A stretch of 63,605 nt of DNA, filler included, from Stramenopiles sp. TOSAG23-6 (taxonomy: Eukaryota): assembly GCA_900128565.1 (NCBI GenBank). It is 11 parts of 11 records of this genome, joined end to end, with 100 filler letters (N's around TTAATTAATTAA, not from the genome) between each part and the next. Parts side by side here need not be neighbours in the genome. Positions count along the whole stretch, not along the records: positions 7,567 to 15,009 come from LT636563.1; positions 15,110 to 22,543 come from LT636564.1; positions 22,644 to 30,064 come from LT636565.1; 8 more parts are not named here. One strand, 5' to 3'. The position numbers were made by a program, and so were the translations under genes. Shown piece by piece: positions 9,185-22,696 of the stretch (positions are counted from its first letter, which is position 1; each line of letters begins with the position of its first letter). The notes under the pieces are model-generated. The model was not told where the DNA came from, searched no databases, and saw only the letters and a list, made by a program, of their open reading frames with translations.

Positions 9185-11948
9185 TTAATTGTTGATTTGA
9201 ATTTTATCTTTGCAAGTAGTTGAATTATTTGAATTGAACGTTTCACATTGGCACAAACCTGGTTGTGGTAACGGTGGTGATGGCGTTGGAGATGTAATTT
9301 TGCAACAATTTAAATTGGTGTCACTACAATCCGGCAAAGTCCAGTTGAAATCAAACGTTTTTATAAATGACCAAAAATTATTATGAATTTGGTTACAATT
9401 TTGTTGGTCTTGTTGAGTAAATGTGATATTTTGTAGGGTAAACTTTGAAAGTTTACCTAATTTTTGTTGTTCGGTTGGAGTAAAAGATGGCAAACAACCT
9501 GACATGTCTTCTAAGGTCATTTCTTGTAGATGTATTTTGGAAAAATATTTCAAAAAAAAATTCGTTAGGTACGAAATTTTTTTACGAAAAAAAACCAAAA
9601 AAAAAAAAATTCGATTTTTTTGTCAAAAAAAACAAAAATAAAACATACATAATGTGCAAAATGATGTTCGGTGTTGTCAAAGATCATGTCGAAGAATACA
9701 TCAAGGGTGACGTTGGTTGGTGCTTTTATTTTGATATTGTTTACGTGATAAAATCTTGACGATATTATGTAAAGACATATTTTAGGTATATAATTATATT
9801 TCATCATTAGGTACAAATTTCTATGCTATGAAAAACTAAAACTAAAACTAAAAAAAAAAAAATGATATGAAGAATAAAATTGTAAAAAAAGAGATTAGGG
9901 TTAGGTGTAGAGTTTTAGGGTTTATGTGGAAAAAACATACCTGTATTGTCACAAAGAAATCGACGTTGGCCTGATAGTTCTTCCTTACACCACTTCATCA
10001 GATCGTTTGTTGTATTTCCATTTTTTTGTCCTATAGTATCAGGAAACAACCGTTGTAGAACGCTAATCGCATTTTTTTGGTATTTCCCAATCTCTTTCAT
10101 AGTGTTAAGCGTTTTGTTCTGCGCAGTAGTCAATTGTTGTAGTTCGGAATTGTTAAGGTTAAGGTCAAAGCATTGCTGAGTGGCACTGAGCAATTCTTGA
10201 AATTCCCCGAAATCAACTTGAAAATCATCATACAACCGCCGACGTCCAGAAACGTCTTGTAAAGGTGTTGTACTTGTCCATGAGATATCCGTTTGTGGAC
10301 CAGATCCGTCTACACTTGAAGGTGATGCAATCATCGTTCTTCCATCAACTTTAATCTTTTCCTTCTTGCATTTCATATAACATAAACCCAAAATTTCTTT
10401 AGGCCTCTGTTGTAGTTTACAGCCTTGACTGAAAGTGAGCCTTTGATCAACTTGAATATCACCACATTGGTCCGTTACAACACTTTCGTCACCAGGTGAT
10501 TTTGCAGCACATGAAACTCTTAAACTCCCATCGCAAATACTGTAAGGAGAGCCTTCATACACATTTAAAGATGCATAATAAGAAACAGCAGAGGCTCCTG
10601 CAATTACAATTAAATAAAGTACATAAATTAAATATGGAGATCGTATACCACTCTTATACTTCATTATCATTACACTATTCCCAGCATTATAATCAATCAT
10701 ATCCTTCTTACCACTCTTGATAAATTTCAAAACTCTTTCTGCTGCTTCTGTATTTTCATTAATTTCTAAAGCATAATCATTAATACATTTAAATTGGTAT
10801 AAAATTATCATCAATAAGATATTATCATAGGCTAAATTTTCTTGCTTTAGCAGTTTTTCCTTTGAGAAATACACACTGATAAATAATCCACCAAAAACTC
10901 CAATCACCACAATTTGGCGATTCAACATTTGAAACATATTGTGCCATTTACATGTCTCATTCGCTAATGCGTAATGATCTGTGATTAATTTTTCTTCTTT
11001 CTTATGAGTATACTCTCTTGACGACCTCGCTTTTCGTTCATTCTTGTTCAGTGTATGCAACGCTTTGTTGTGCGCATGAGTAAATACTGTATACAATCCC
11101 ATTGAAAGAAGAGAGAGAATCAAGGGAACAAAGAGAAAAAGGGCGTGATATTTAGATGAAGAGCCAAGAAGTACACTAATACAAATGATTATCAGTACTG
11201 ACTTGACGAGGTTTGCGAAGCCATAGAAATGGATTCGCCCCATTTTTTGAATGTCATTTGATAAAACTCTACTCTGATGTGGATCATCTAACTCAATACT
11301 ACTATGAATACAATTTTCCAAAGTAACTTGAAAAAGATTTGACGTTTTGACTAATAGAGATTCCCCCACAAACTCATTCAAGGTGTACAGAAATGCCGCA
11401 ATCATCATGTACACAGTTAAGGGGTATATCTTCACATTTCCTCTAAATTTGTCTGGATATGAACCTGCATATGCTTCGAGGCAAAATGTAATTACACTAA
11501 CAGCCATGATCATTATTATCAATTGAACTTGTAGAGAAAGAAATCCGAGAAGCATGTCACGTATGTTGTACACATTGCACTTGTTTATAATATGTCGTAC
11601 TCTGTATATTATCCAGTGGGGTGGTTTTGCGATTCGTGGAGCCTTTAGTAGTGGTACTAACTTTGGATGGTGGCTGTCTCCTGAGGTACGCGACGACCGA
11701 CGATGTCTTCTGTGTGGAGAATCGCGGTTTGAACGAGATTCGCGACTCAAACTGCGTTCTCTGGGACGACTTGAATCAGGTTGGTCACTCGAGCTTCGTT
11801 CTGTGTAAAAAATAGAATGACGTCCTTGACCGGAGTGAGGTTGTTGTTGTTGATGATGGTGATGATGACGTACGTCAAGTTCAACTTTATCTCCCTCTCC
11901 AACAGCTGCTGCTATTGGATTTTCTTGGTATTCTTCATTGTCCATCAT
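9185..11948 (-). CDS. Multi-pass membrane protein: ABC-transporter-like TM domain plus Cys-rich C-terminal region, 3 exons
   Basis: SRVLSND and AAERVLKFI with several TM helices; exons 11948-9941, 9776-9649, 9529-9185. Confidence 0.6.
9530..9648 (-). other. GT-AT intron, motif family
   Basis: TAT|GTATGTTTT...CGTACCTAAC...AAAATACAT|CTA; FAHY-LQEM. Confidence 0.8.
9777..9940 (-). other. GT-AT intron, divergent family member
   Basis: CAG|GTATGTTTT...GTACCTAAT...AAAATAT|GT; acceptor chosen by frame. Confidence 0.6.
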
Positions 11949-12290
11949 GTTAACAAAATTGCTATATGATGTAGCTTGGGATTACAGAGTATCTTGTGTT
12001 CCTTTAACCTACTTTTGTATGTTGTATGATACGGATTAAAAGTTTTTAACCTTTTTCCAATCTAAATCGTATCTGAAAAATATCTTTGAAACGTATCTTA
12101 CACTATCTTACACTTGAAATTTTGAAATTGCAACCCTAACCCTAACAAAAACGCAACAAAAAATGGATATTTCGTGGTAAACATTCATATGTTACTTTTG
12201 AAATCATCTTGATAGAGATCTATCCTCCTCCTCATTTTTTTTTCAAAGGATACGTTTCTCCAAGATTGATATAACGAAAATCTTCCAACA

Positions 12291-13721
12291 ATGAAAATGA
12301 AAACCAGTCTAAAAAAGTGTCAGTTGATGTCTATGCTCATCCTAATAACTTATGATTTAATGATCGTCAGGGCATCTGATTTCCATGCGACTTGCATGAA
12401 TACGTGTAAGAATGGAGGTACCCAACCGTTACCACCAGCATCACCACTACCAGCACCACAAGGACCGGCATCACCACGACCAAGCCCAAGGGTACTACCA
12501 CCCGTGGAGGTTGCTACTGAGACACCAGCAAAACCAACACGTCCTACAGGTAATTCTGCTGGTACCCAACCGTTACCACCAGCATCACCACTACCAGTAC
12601 CACCAGAACTGGCATCACCACGACCAGTTAATGTTAGAGGAATGTGTCAAGCTGAAGATGAGCGTAAGAAAAGATGTGAAACAGAACTTGAAAGACCAAA
12701 ACAAAAAATTAAAAGAACGCTATCCAATATTGAGTAAATATTATTTCGATGAGGAGGAACGAGACTTTTGGAGAGTAAAAATGATGTCACCAACTGCTTC
12801 TCCAGAGGATCTTTATAAAACATTACGCTTAATGTACTTGAGCATGGGAAATTTACAAAATGTTCCACAATATATAGGTTTACCATTGAGAGCTAAAATT
12901 CTTCCTGAATTAGGAGAAAGTCCTGCATATATGTGGTATAGAGAATGGGCCAACCTTTTAGAGAATTCGGAACTAGTGGGGGAAAACATAGATATCATGA
13001 AAACGGTTTACCGCTATTTCAATAAAATCCCAGAGAGATGGATGAGAGCAAATGAAGCTGATGAAAATATAAATATTGAAGCTGCATTACTTGGGGAAGA
13101 TATGGGTACATTTCGTGATGTGGGACGAAACATTTTACAATGCACAAAGCCACTTGGAATGGATTTTGATGTTACAGACGTAACTCCAGTTGAACAAAGT
13201 TTAGAATTCAAACTAACTTTAAAGGATCATAAATTATGTAAAAAAGGAGGTGATGGTAAGGCAACATGTATGAAAGGAAAGGAAAGACTTGTCTTCATCT
13301 ACATCCTTTTGTGCTTGTTAACGCTCTGAATGAACGCCCATCTCGTCCCATTGATACAAGTTCCATCACTCTTGAAGATTTTATTGAGTTTCAACTAAGA
13401 ATATCCGATATGCGTGAAGATGTCTTTACTTGGGGGGTTGGTAACAATGATCGTGACAGTGCATGTGTGGAAAAAGCATCAGGACACAGCATTGTCTTTG
13501 ATGCCACAGCACATGACAACCAATTAAATGATTTAAGTCGTGTAGCTATTTTACTACTGGCGCATGATGGACAACCTAGTTTTAATGTTGGTCACAAGTA
13601 TTTTAATTTTAGTGACGGGAACCCAACTAGGGCTAGCACAAAGTTCTACTTTCAACCAGAAGGAATCCGAGTTGTTGTAAGACCACAAAGACCACAAAGA
13701 CCAGAAGAATTAGAAAATTAA
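12291..13721 (+). pseudogene. Secreted Pro-rich protein gene split over three frames (two apparent frameshifts)
   Basis: Overlapping ORFs 12291-12737, 12412-13329 and 13266-13721 with no intron-like AT-rich interval at the switches. Confidence 0.45.
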
Positions 13722-13769
13722 AAAATAAAAAAAAAGGGGATTTATTGTTTTTTAAATAAATATTTTTTG

Positions 13770-14923
13770 TTACAAAAAAAGTCCAATAATTAGACATATT
13801 ACAATCAATGAAGCGGACATAAAGACTTTCATTGAATGATGACGAATTTCTATCACAATTTGATCCGTTTCTTTATCCCATAACGTAGACATTTTCATAC
13901 GTAATAAACGACTTTTTTTTGAGTATATGTATCGTATCTCATCATTTTCGCGTTTTGTGTTTTTTTGTTTTGTTTTTTTATCATGTTTTTCATTGCGTGT
14001 TTGTTTTTTTTTGTATCTTGTAAAAACAACGAGAGGTTTCAATGATTCATTATGATTTGTAACTCTCTGAAAGATTTCAGATATATTTTTATCCTGAACG
14101 TATTGCCATTGTTTTATAATGGATTGAAAATATTTTTTAATATATGAAATATTTTTAATTTCGTTTTCAAACTGTTCATCAGAATGTTTGATTTCGTGTT
14201 CAAACGGTCTATCATGATTCATTTGTTGAAAACGTTCAAAATGTTTCGATTCTTGTTTCGATTCTTGTTTCGCTTCTTGACGACTATTTTTAGTACTAAA
14301 TATAAATGCATCTCGTTCTTCATCATTTTTAAATTTCAAAAAAGTATATGTATTTTGGAAAAATATTTAAAAAAATTTTGAAAATTTGTTAGGTACAAAA
14401 TTTTTTTACCAAAAAAAAAAAAAAAAAAAAATTTTTTTTACCGAAAAAAAAAAAAAAACATACATTGATGATCTTTCTTATATTTCTTAATTTTTTTTGC
14501 AAGACAAAAAAAAGCTGCCTTGAGTGTAATCCAACATGCAGTCATCTTCATTGCTTTTAATTTTTCAAAATGACCACCAGATTGTATAACATCCATCAAA
14601 TCATATTTAGATAGACAAATTATTGTTGAATATGTAAGACACGTGGCATTATATAGTCTATTATATGTATTGTGAAAAATATATTTTTTTTTTTTTTTTT
14701 TTAATTTTTTTTTTTGGAATTAAAATTGTTTTTGTTAGGTACAAAATTAACTACGAAAAAATATTTTACTAAAAATAAAAAACATACATGAATCTAAAAC
14801 AATATCTTGACCTAAATACGATCCATTGCGCAACACAGAGCTTCTGTACCCCACCAAACCTTTTTTTATGATATACATATTCTCATTTTTTTCACCATAT
14901 TTTATAAGCTCTTCTAGAGGAGG
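13770..14923 (-). CDS. Cyclic-nucleotide-binding domain protein (ion-channel-like C-terminus), 5'-partial; exons 14923-14788, 14664-14464, 14347-13770
   Basis: Spliced translation PPLEELIKYGEKNENMYIIKKGLV...GSYLGQDIVLDSYNRLYNATCLTYSTIICLSKYDL fits the cNMP-binding pattern; mostly absent from the ORF track. Confidence 0.75.
14348..14463 (-). other. GT-AT intron, motif family
   Basis: CAAT|GTATGT...AAAATACAT|AT; phase 1 restores frame. Confidence 0.8.
14665..14787 (-). other. GT-AT intron, motif family
   Basis: TCAT|GTATGT...CAATACAT|AT; lies inside the cNMP domain. Confidence 0.8.
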
Positions 14924-15211
14924 ATGAATTTGGAAAAATATTTAAAAAAAAATCTAAAAAAATTGTTAGGTACAAAATTTTTTTTTTCGTAAAAAAAAAA
15001 AAAAAAAAANNNNNNNNNNNNNNNNNNNNNNNNNNNNNNNNNNNNNNNNNNNNTTAATTAATTAANNNNNNNNNNNNNNNNNNNNNNNNNNNNNNNNNNN
15101 NNNNNNNNNTTTTGAAAAAAAATTAAAAAAAAAAAAAAAAAAATTGTTAGGTACAAAATTTCGTATGAAAAAAAAAATCGATTTTTTTGTTATAAAAAAA
15201 ATAAAACATAC

Positions 15212-16344
15212 GGGTCCTGCATTTCCTAAATGATTTTGTCTCGATGCAGCAGATAATTCACAATCTGGTGTCTTTCCATTTTTAGTTTCGGTAAATGCAG
15301 TCCAAGTACCTTGGCAAGTTTCCTGTGTAATACCTGCGTCATTACCACCGTTGACACATCGATACATGTATTATGAAAAATATTTTTCAAAAATTTGATT
15401 TTTTTGTTAGATACGAAATTTCCTACGAAATAAAAATTGATTAGAATTAAAAAAAAAAACATACTTTGTTTTTACGTTTCCACTTTCAGACTGATAATAA
15501 TCACACCAATCTGTGTTTGATGTTAGAATAGCGACATCTCTCCATGGTGTCTGTAACCAATATGGGTAATAATCACGTTCTTCGGGGCATTCAAATCCAC
15601 TTCGATTTCCATTCGGATTTTGTCTCGTGAATCTCGCGTCATTTCCGTTAAGATCTTGGTCAGCGACGTAAAGCCCTTTATTTCTTTCAGTATTTTGACA
15701 GGTTTGATACCATGCCAAATTTTCATTCATACCATACTCTGTATCAGTCGCTGTATTTGCACTAATTGTATTTGTGCCATCGTTGTTGTTTCTTTGGAAT
15801 TGTGCCTCTTGATACAGAGGCGCGTTATTATTTCCCTGATTATTTACGTTTTGCAAATTCCCAGATGGATAGCCGTCCCGCAATCCTGGCATTGTATCTT
15901 CACAAGCGTACTGAATTACAAAGTTGCAGTTTGTGGATGGGTTATCTCCGCATGCATGCTGGTTCGTCCACTCCAAGTTCAGAAGAGAACCTTCGTAATA
16001 CTCTGCAGGGTCTGGGGCATTCTGAAGTTCACGATTTCCGCGCCAAGGATATCCTCCTTTAGCCTGTTTAGTAAAGATGATAAAAAATTGCAAGATGTTA
16101 AGTACGTTGGCGTGAAATATTCAATGTATACGTGAGACCATGTGATATATCGTAAAAACATAGTGAAATATGTAGAAATTTGAAGTACATTATTCTGGGA
16201 ATCGAATAGACGGTTGTCATTATTTCGGTTATTGTTTCGTTCACGATTGCGGTTATTTGATCCAGGCGGATTGTGCATATAAACATCTGCTTGACACTTT
16301 ACAACAAGCAAAACGCATACGTAAAATTGTAGAGTAGTCGTCAT
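15212..16344 (-). CDS. Secreted DD3-3-like protein, 3'-partial; exons 16344-16189, 16063-15465, 15365-15212
   Basis: Signal peptide, ADVYMHNPPGSNNR, RLFDSQNN-AKGGY, ECPEERDYYPYW motifs. Confidence 0.75.
15366..15464 (-). other. GT-AT intron, motif family (GTATCTAAC variant)
   Basis: AA|GTATGT...AATACAT|G; KTK-YRCVN. Confidence 0.8.
16064..16188 (-). other. Canonical GT-AG intron without the family motif
   Basis: AAT|GTACTT...TTACTAAACAG|GCT; restores QNN-AKGGY. Confidence 0.85.
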
Positions 16345-16815
16345 TGTATTCCAAAAGACAATTAACAGTTCTTTCTCAAATCAAAGGAACTTCAAACGAG
16401 GGACCTTCTCCCGATTTTTTTTAGAGCGATTCAAGAGGGCGAGTTCAAAATCGGGTACCCGGTACTAGTAACAATTTCAAATTTGATTTGAATAATTTTT
16501 CCGATAGAAATTTTAAATTTAAAATCATGAAAAATTAAGAAATTTAGGCTTTTGAAGTGCATGCTATTGAAAAAAAATCACCTCATGCGATGAAGACCTT
16601 GTGAAACAAAATATATATTATTGTATATTAGTTAATTTTTCGGTAAATAAAATTTATGATGCTTTATACTAGAACGTAAAAAAATAATAAAATGAAAAAA
16701 AATCAGTCGTCAAATATATTTGATTATATTACTCTTTTATATTATATAATATATTTCTCATTCAAGTCCCAATAGATAAAATTACATAATACGGAAAATG
16801 ACTGCAAACAGACAT

Positions 16816-19800
16816 TTACAAAATATGGAACATCATTGTGGCCCAAATAAGTACAGCAGGCACTACTTGTGATGCTCCAGATTCTACCAGTAATATATTA
16901 CCAGAATCATCCTCCTTTTGATCATCATTCTTTTCATTGCCATTTGTTGTGGTATCTTTATCTTTCGAAGGAGTACCAGGAGAGAGAGGGGTATCAGGAG
17001 AGAGCGGGGTTTCAGGTGTTGGAGATGTAGGCGTAACATTCGTTTTTTTCTGAACAATATTACTTTGCTGTGTAATTCCTTCAGTTTGCGATGTAATCGT
17101 ATCCGCAAGACGTCTACGAACTGAATGTTTCTTGTTTTCGTCATTCTCTTCCTTTCGATTTAGTTTATCGTTAATGACTTTTGAAAAAGATGCTGCACCC
17201 TTCACCTTTACGCGTTTCAGGGTTTCTTCAGCACACGTACTGTTGAGAAAACTAGCAAGACATCTGATCCAGCTTACTTTAGTTTGCTTACAAGTAATTG
17301 CTTGAAAACACCGAGAATTATTCGCAGTTGAGTCCTTTTCTTTTTGATTACTCATACTACCTTTATCTGTATTTTCTTTCCGTGTCTCTTCACTTCCCAT
17401 TTGCGGTGGACCTGTCTCTTTCAAATTTCTTCGAAATTCATTACCCTCTTCTGTTGACTCGCTTTCACTAAGCTGCTCTGCCAATGAAGATTCAATTGTG
17501 ACTACCTGCGGCTTTGTAAGCTGAAGATCTTTTTCAATAAATTTCAAATCAATTTGTACCGTAGGAGTCTTGACGCGTTTTACAGGTACGTCATTCAAAG
17601 ATATCATTTTCTTAAATGTGTCAGGATCCCAATCTTCCTCATCTTCTCCAGCTTCCAGAAAAAATGTCCTTGCTTTTGCTTCACAAGCTGTGACACCAGC
17701 AACATCTCCAGTTTTAGGTAGAGCATTTACACATGATTTCCATACATCGATACTTTTCTTTTTCAATGCCATCTCAAGTTCATATATAAAGTCAAGAGGA
17801 TCACCAAAACCCTTGACAAACGTAGCTTTAGCTTTCTCTTGACATTTTTCAACATTATCATTAGAAAGACAAGCATCCAACTCTTTTGATGCAACTGCTG
17901 CAGCTCCCTCCAATGCTTGGTCTTCGAATTCTTCCTTAGAACCTCCTGCTTCTTCAAATAATGCTTGAGCATTCTTTTTGCATTCTTCTTCAGAAAGATC
18001 TTCATCAGCTCCACATGATTCCATAAATTTTCCAACCATCATTGATGCACCTTTTTGAATTAAAGCTTCTTCGCGCTTCTCTTTCCGTTCTTCAACACTT
18101 TCTTCACTGACCACACCTGTAGCCCAATCATCACTTCCAACTTGCTCATCAAGATCTTTTGGCACATAAATGACACGCTCCAGCTTTTCCAGTTCAAATG
18201 TTCCTGCTTCCTTGCATCTTTGCCGAATACGAACGTGTGATTCTTTCGAAGTATTCTTTGTTCCTGCTGAAACGCAAATCTGAATATCCTCTGCAAGTCC
18301 ACTTCTTGCAAAGTCCATAGCACCAATGTCAAAATCATTTTCACTACCACCAGTCGCAACAAAACTATCTTTTCCTTTATTGTGACATTTTTGTAAATCA
18401 TCAATAGATTTCATGGTCTTAGATGCACAAGCGCGCAAAGTTCTCAGTGCGGCAACAGCAGGAGCTTCATGTACCACTCGATCACTCTCATTTGATTTGC
18501 ATGCTTTTATATCTTCTTTACTGCATAGATTAGTTCCACCACATAATTCTAAGCAGGATTTCAGCAACTTTGACACATCTTCAAGAGAAACCTTTTCTCT
18601 TTCAAATGAGGTCTTTCGAAGATCACCACCAGATTTTTCAAAAGCTACCTTTTCCTTTTCTTTACAAATTTTTATTTCAAATTTTTCACAATCCTGTGAT
18701 GCAGCACAAGCGTTTTCCTCTGCATCTGTACAAACTTCATTTTGACACCCAACGCAGCTTTTTTTTGAGCATTTCTTCTTACACGATAAATTCGCCGAAG
18801 AAAGAGCCTCCCGTGCGGTAGCAACTTTCGCATCGGAGATATCTTCCTCTGATCCACCGTTCTTTAAAAAGATTTCTTTCGCCTTTAAATTACATTTTTC
18901 GAGTGCTTCATCTTTAGGACTATCACGATGATAATGCATACATGCGTCCATTTTTTCTTCGTATATCATCACTAAGAGTTCATTTTGAACTTCTTCCAAT
19001 TGTTCAAATTTACCACCCATTAACTTAAAAGTTGTTGTAGCTTCAACAGTGCAAGCCTGTCTCATAGATTCAGTTGCAACTTTACTAGAGTACCTGTCCA
19101 TACAAACCATAAAAGTTTCACGGAATCCATGAGAAGCTGCTTTTTCTAGAGCAAGAGCAAACTCTTTCCTGGAACCACCAGTATTCAAATATTCCTTTTC
19201 GGCACCTTTCAAGCATTTTTTCACAGAAACTTGAAGATCATTTTCACTTGGTGGCTCGTCATTTTCAAAAAGTGGTTCCATACAAGGACCCATATATCGC
19301 ATTAAAGCATTTATTGGCGCATCAAGTTCGTCCTCCTCCAAATCTTCTATGTGTCCACCACCCTTTTCATAAGCACCAGATGCTTCCTCTTTGCAAGTTT
19401 CAATAAATTTCTCACGTTCCTCATCCAAAATATTATCCTTAAGCTCATTCTTATTCATCAATTTGTGCATGCACAAATCCATTGTTTTTTCATATGCGCG
19501 CATAGGAGCTTCACGCTTTGCTTCATCAAACCGAGTTGGGTTTCCACCAGCGGAGAGGAATGCTGATTTTGCTTTTTCATCACATCCTTTTTTTGCTTTT
19601 TCCATCAAATCTTTCTTGGATTCTTTCTCACCAAGTTCACCAAACTCAAGCAATGCGTAATTCACACAATCATGAAATTTATTCTCAAATGCGTCAGTAG
19701 CAGCCACAAAGGACTCTTTCTCAAATTCATCTGGCCGACCACCTTGTTTTAAATATTCATCCTTGACATTATTTTTACAACTTGTAGTAACAGCTTCCAG

Positions 19801-22543
19801 TTCAGCCTCAGTCGCATCATCAATAGACAAGCCGATTTTCAAAAGTTTCCCTTTACTACAAATATCCATTTCTTTATGCAAGGCTTCCAATCTTGAATTC
19901 TTTTTTTCTTCGTTCAACTTTTCCAGATTACCTCCAGCCAAAATAAACTCAACTTTTGCGCCTTCGGCACATTCCTTTACAGCTTTGTGAATATCCTTTT
20001 CAGTTGGCTCTGATTTTAATTCTTCCAGTAATGCTTCAACACAGCCATCCTTACTTTCCATGTATGCATCTCTAGCAGCAAGGCTTTTATCTTTCTCATA
20101 ATCATCAGGAGATCCACCTTTTTTTATGAAATTAAGTCGAGCTTCTTTCTCACAGTCCTTGGCAAACAATGTAAAATCATTTTCCGTAAATTTTGTAGTA
20201 GCAAGAGATCTTGACTTTATCTCCTCCATTTTAAAATCAACACAAGTATGCATTCCTTCTTTTAAAGCTTCTTTCTCTTCATTTCGTTTTACTTCGAGAT
20301 AATTATCTTTTGTTCCGTCGGCAACGATAAATTGTTTTCGGGCGTTTTCTGCACACTTTTTCATTAAATCAACGAACAACGCTTCATCTTCAGGTGACAT
20401 TACTTTATCAACTTTCAATTCTTTCCCAGAAGACAATTTCATATTTTGAGCACATTTATCCATTTCTTCTGTAAACTTTTCTTTCGCCAAAAATCCAGTG
20501 CATATTTTTTTACAGGTTTCATCTTGACATGTTTGACAATACTCCTTCTCGCCCAAGCCCGCTGCGCAGGACATACACGAAACAGTCAAAGCTTTACAGC
20601 AAATCTTTGGTGTATTACACAAGTTCTTTCCTAACATGACAGCAAAGTCATCACGTGGTACCATATGACACGGATCTTTACAACAATTACCGCCAACAAC
20701 AGTATATACAGATTCAAGTTTACAGCCAGCAGAAGGTCTCGGACACTTTATATTTTTATGCACACATCCTTTATCTTCAGGTCCCTTTAGCTTATCACAT
20801 TTTGATACATCAACAGTAACAGCTCCAGTACATTTTTCTGGTGGAATTTTTGATCCACCAGTACAACATTCATCATCGGAGCAACATGCTCGCTGGCAGT
20901 ATGCAGGAGGTGCATCTTTTGATTTTGTTTTTGCAGGGCATACATGATTCATACATGATGCAAGTGAAGATATAAAGCCTTTACCAGACAGACGTCTGCC
21001 TTGCGTAAATGATCCTCTTGCAATGTTGTTTTGTTGAAACCATTGATCCACATAATGAACCATTTCAGGTGTGGATTTATATGTAGGTGGAATGTTGGCA
21101 ATATCATAATGAAAAGAGGCAATCGAATCATTTATCCAATGAGCACCATTAGCACCACATTCATTCCATCCTAATCCATCATATATCATATACTTCATTA
21201 CATCTGGTAAAGATGCCGTACGTTGTAAAGTCTCGGTCAATGCAGACTTTGAAATTTGAATGGAAAGCTTCCTCTTGATACAAAGTCGGCTCCCTGGAGA
21301 ATGACCATGACCTACTTTATCTAAACTCTTGTCATTTAGATCAATTGTGTAGAATCCGCAAATTTCATGTCCATTAGTGTGACGCTGGAAGAAAAATCCT
21401 GTGCATGGGGAACATTTGGATGTTGCACTACCAATCCCTGAGAGAGCCTTAAACTTTACGGGATCATTGCATCGATCTTTGCAATATTCAACTGCTCCAT
21501 CCGTGGAGTTTGATTTTGCATAATAAGGGACGTATTTTGGATTTGCATTACAAATGTTTTGCCCGTTCACTTTTTTACAGCCATCCGTGACTGAAATTTG
21601 AGAATATGCAACTTTATGGATGAAATTCACTGAAGAATCGCAGTCGTAGTCGTCACTTCGAATAACTGAAGCAGGGGCATCTTTTAATTTACATTGACCA
21701 TCACCATCTCTACATGTGTAAAGTGCTGGATTACAAACACCAGTTCCTTTTGCAGGTTCTTTAATAGACTGTTTCACTACTCCACAATCTGAGGTACAGT
21801 CTCTTGCATTTGGTTTGTTTCCAAGTTCACAATCCTTGCCCTCATCTTCTGGTTTGGAAGTACATACCTTGCCATTCGCATCAACAAAAGTACATGACTT
21901 GCGACAACACATACCGTCATTCAAAAAATATGTTGTTAGCGGTTTGCATCCTTCAGGTACGACTAAAGGAGCCCGGCAATGACAACCACCTTTATATTCA
22001 TTGCAACGATCAGTGGAGTCAAAGAAATAATCTTTTATTACCTCATAACATACTTCACCCTTTTCTTTACAATCGGAATTGCTCTCACAAGCGACTACTT
22101 TTTTATGATTTACTGATGGAACCCGGCAATGACAACCGCCTTTATATTCATTGCAACGATCGCTGGATTTAAAGAACAAATCTTTTCTTACCTCATAACA
22201 CAGTTCATCTTTTTCTTTACAATCGGAATTGCTCTCACAAGGGATTACTTTCTTGTGTAGAGACGGACATTTTTCAACGGGACACTTATCATCTTGAGGT
22301 CCTTTAATTTTGTCACATTCTACTTGATTACACGCCATTTTCGTGCAACTAAGAACTCCATCGACGCAATCACATGTATTACAACTGTTATTACCGGTAT
22401 CATTACCACTCCATCCATCCTTCACTTTTTCTCCACCAGTAAGTTGACATTCCTTTTTCTCCATTGGTTCCTTTTTCTCCATTGGTTCACATACCTTGCC
22501 ATTCGCATCAACAAAAGTACATGACTTGCGACAACACATACCG
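16816..22543 (-). CDS. Very large Cys-rich surface protein (>1900 aa), 5'-partial, probable GPI/TM anchor
   Basis: Intronless ORF with VWC/pacifastin-like CNTCDC..C..C, many C...A..F..GG repeats and a hydrophobic C-terminus. Confidence 0.75.
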
Positions 22544-22696
22544 NNNNNNNNNNNNNNNNNNNNNNNNNNNNNNNNNNNNNNNNNNNNTTAATTAATTAAN
22601 NNNNNNNNNNNNNNNNNNNNNNNNNNNNNNNNNNNNNNNNNNNTACGAAATTTTGTACCTAACGATTTTTTTTTGAAATATTTTTCCAAAATACAT

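Noticed and set aside
17570-22524. Many short antisense or overlapping ORFs, and Phe/Lys-rich ORFs spanning introns
   Set aside because: Shadows of real genes or translations of poly-T/A intron tracts; no independent motifs
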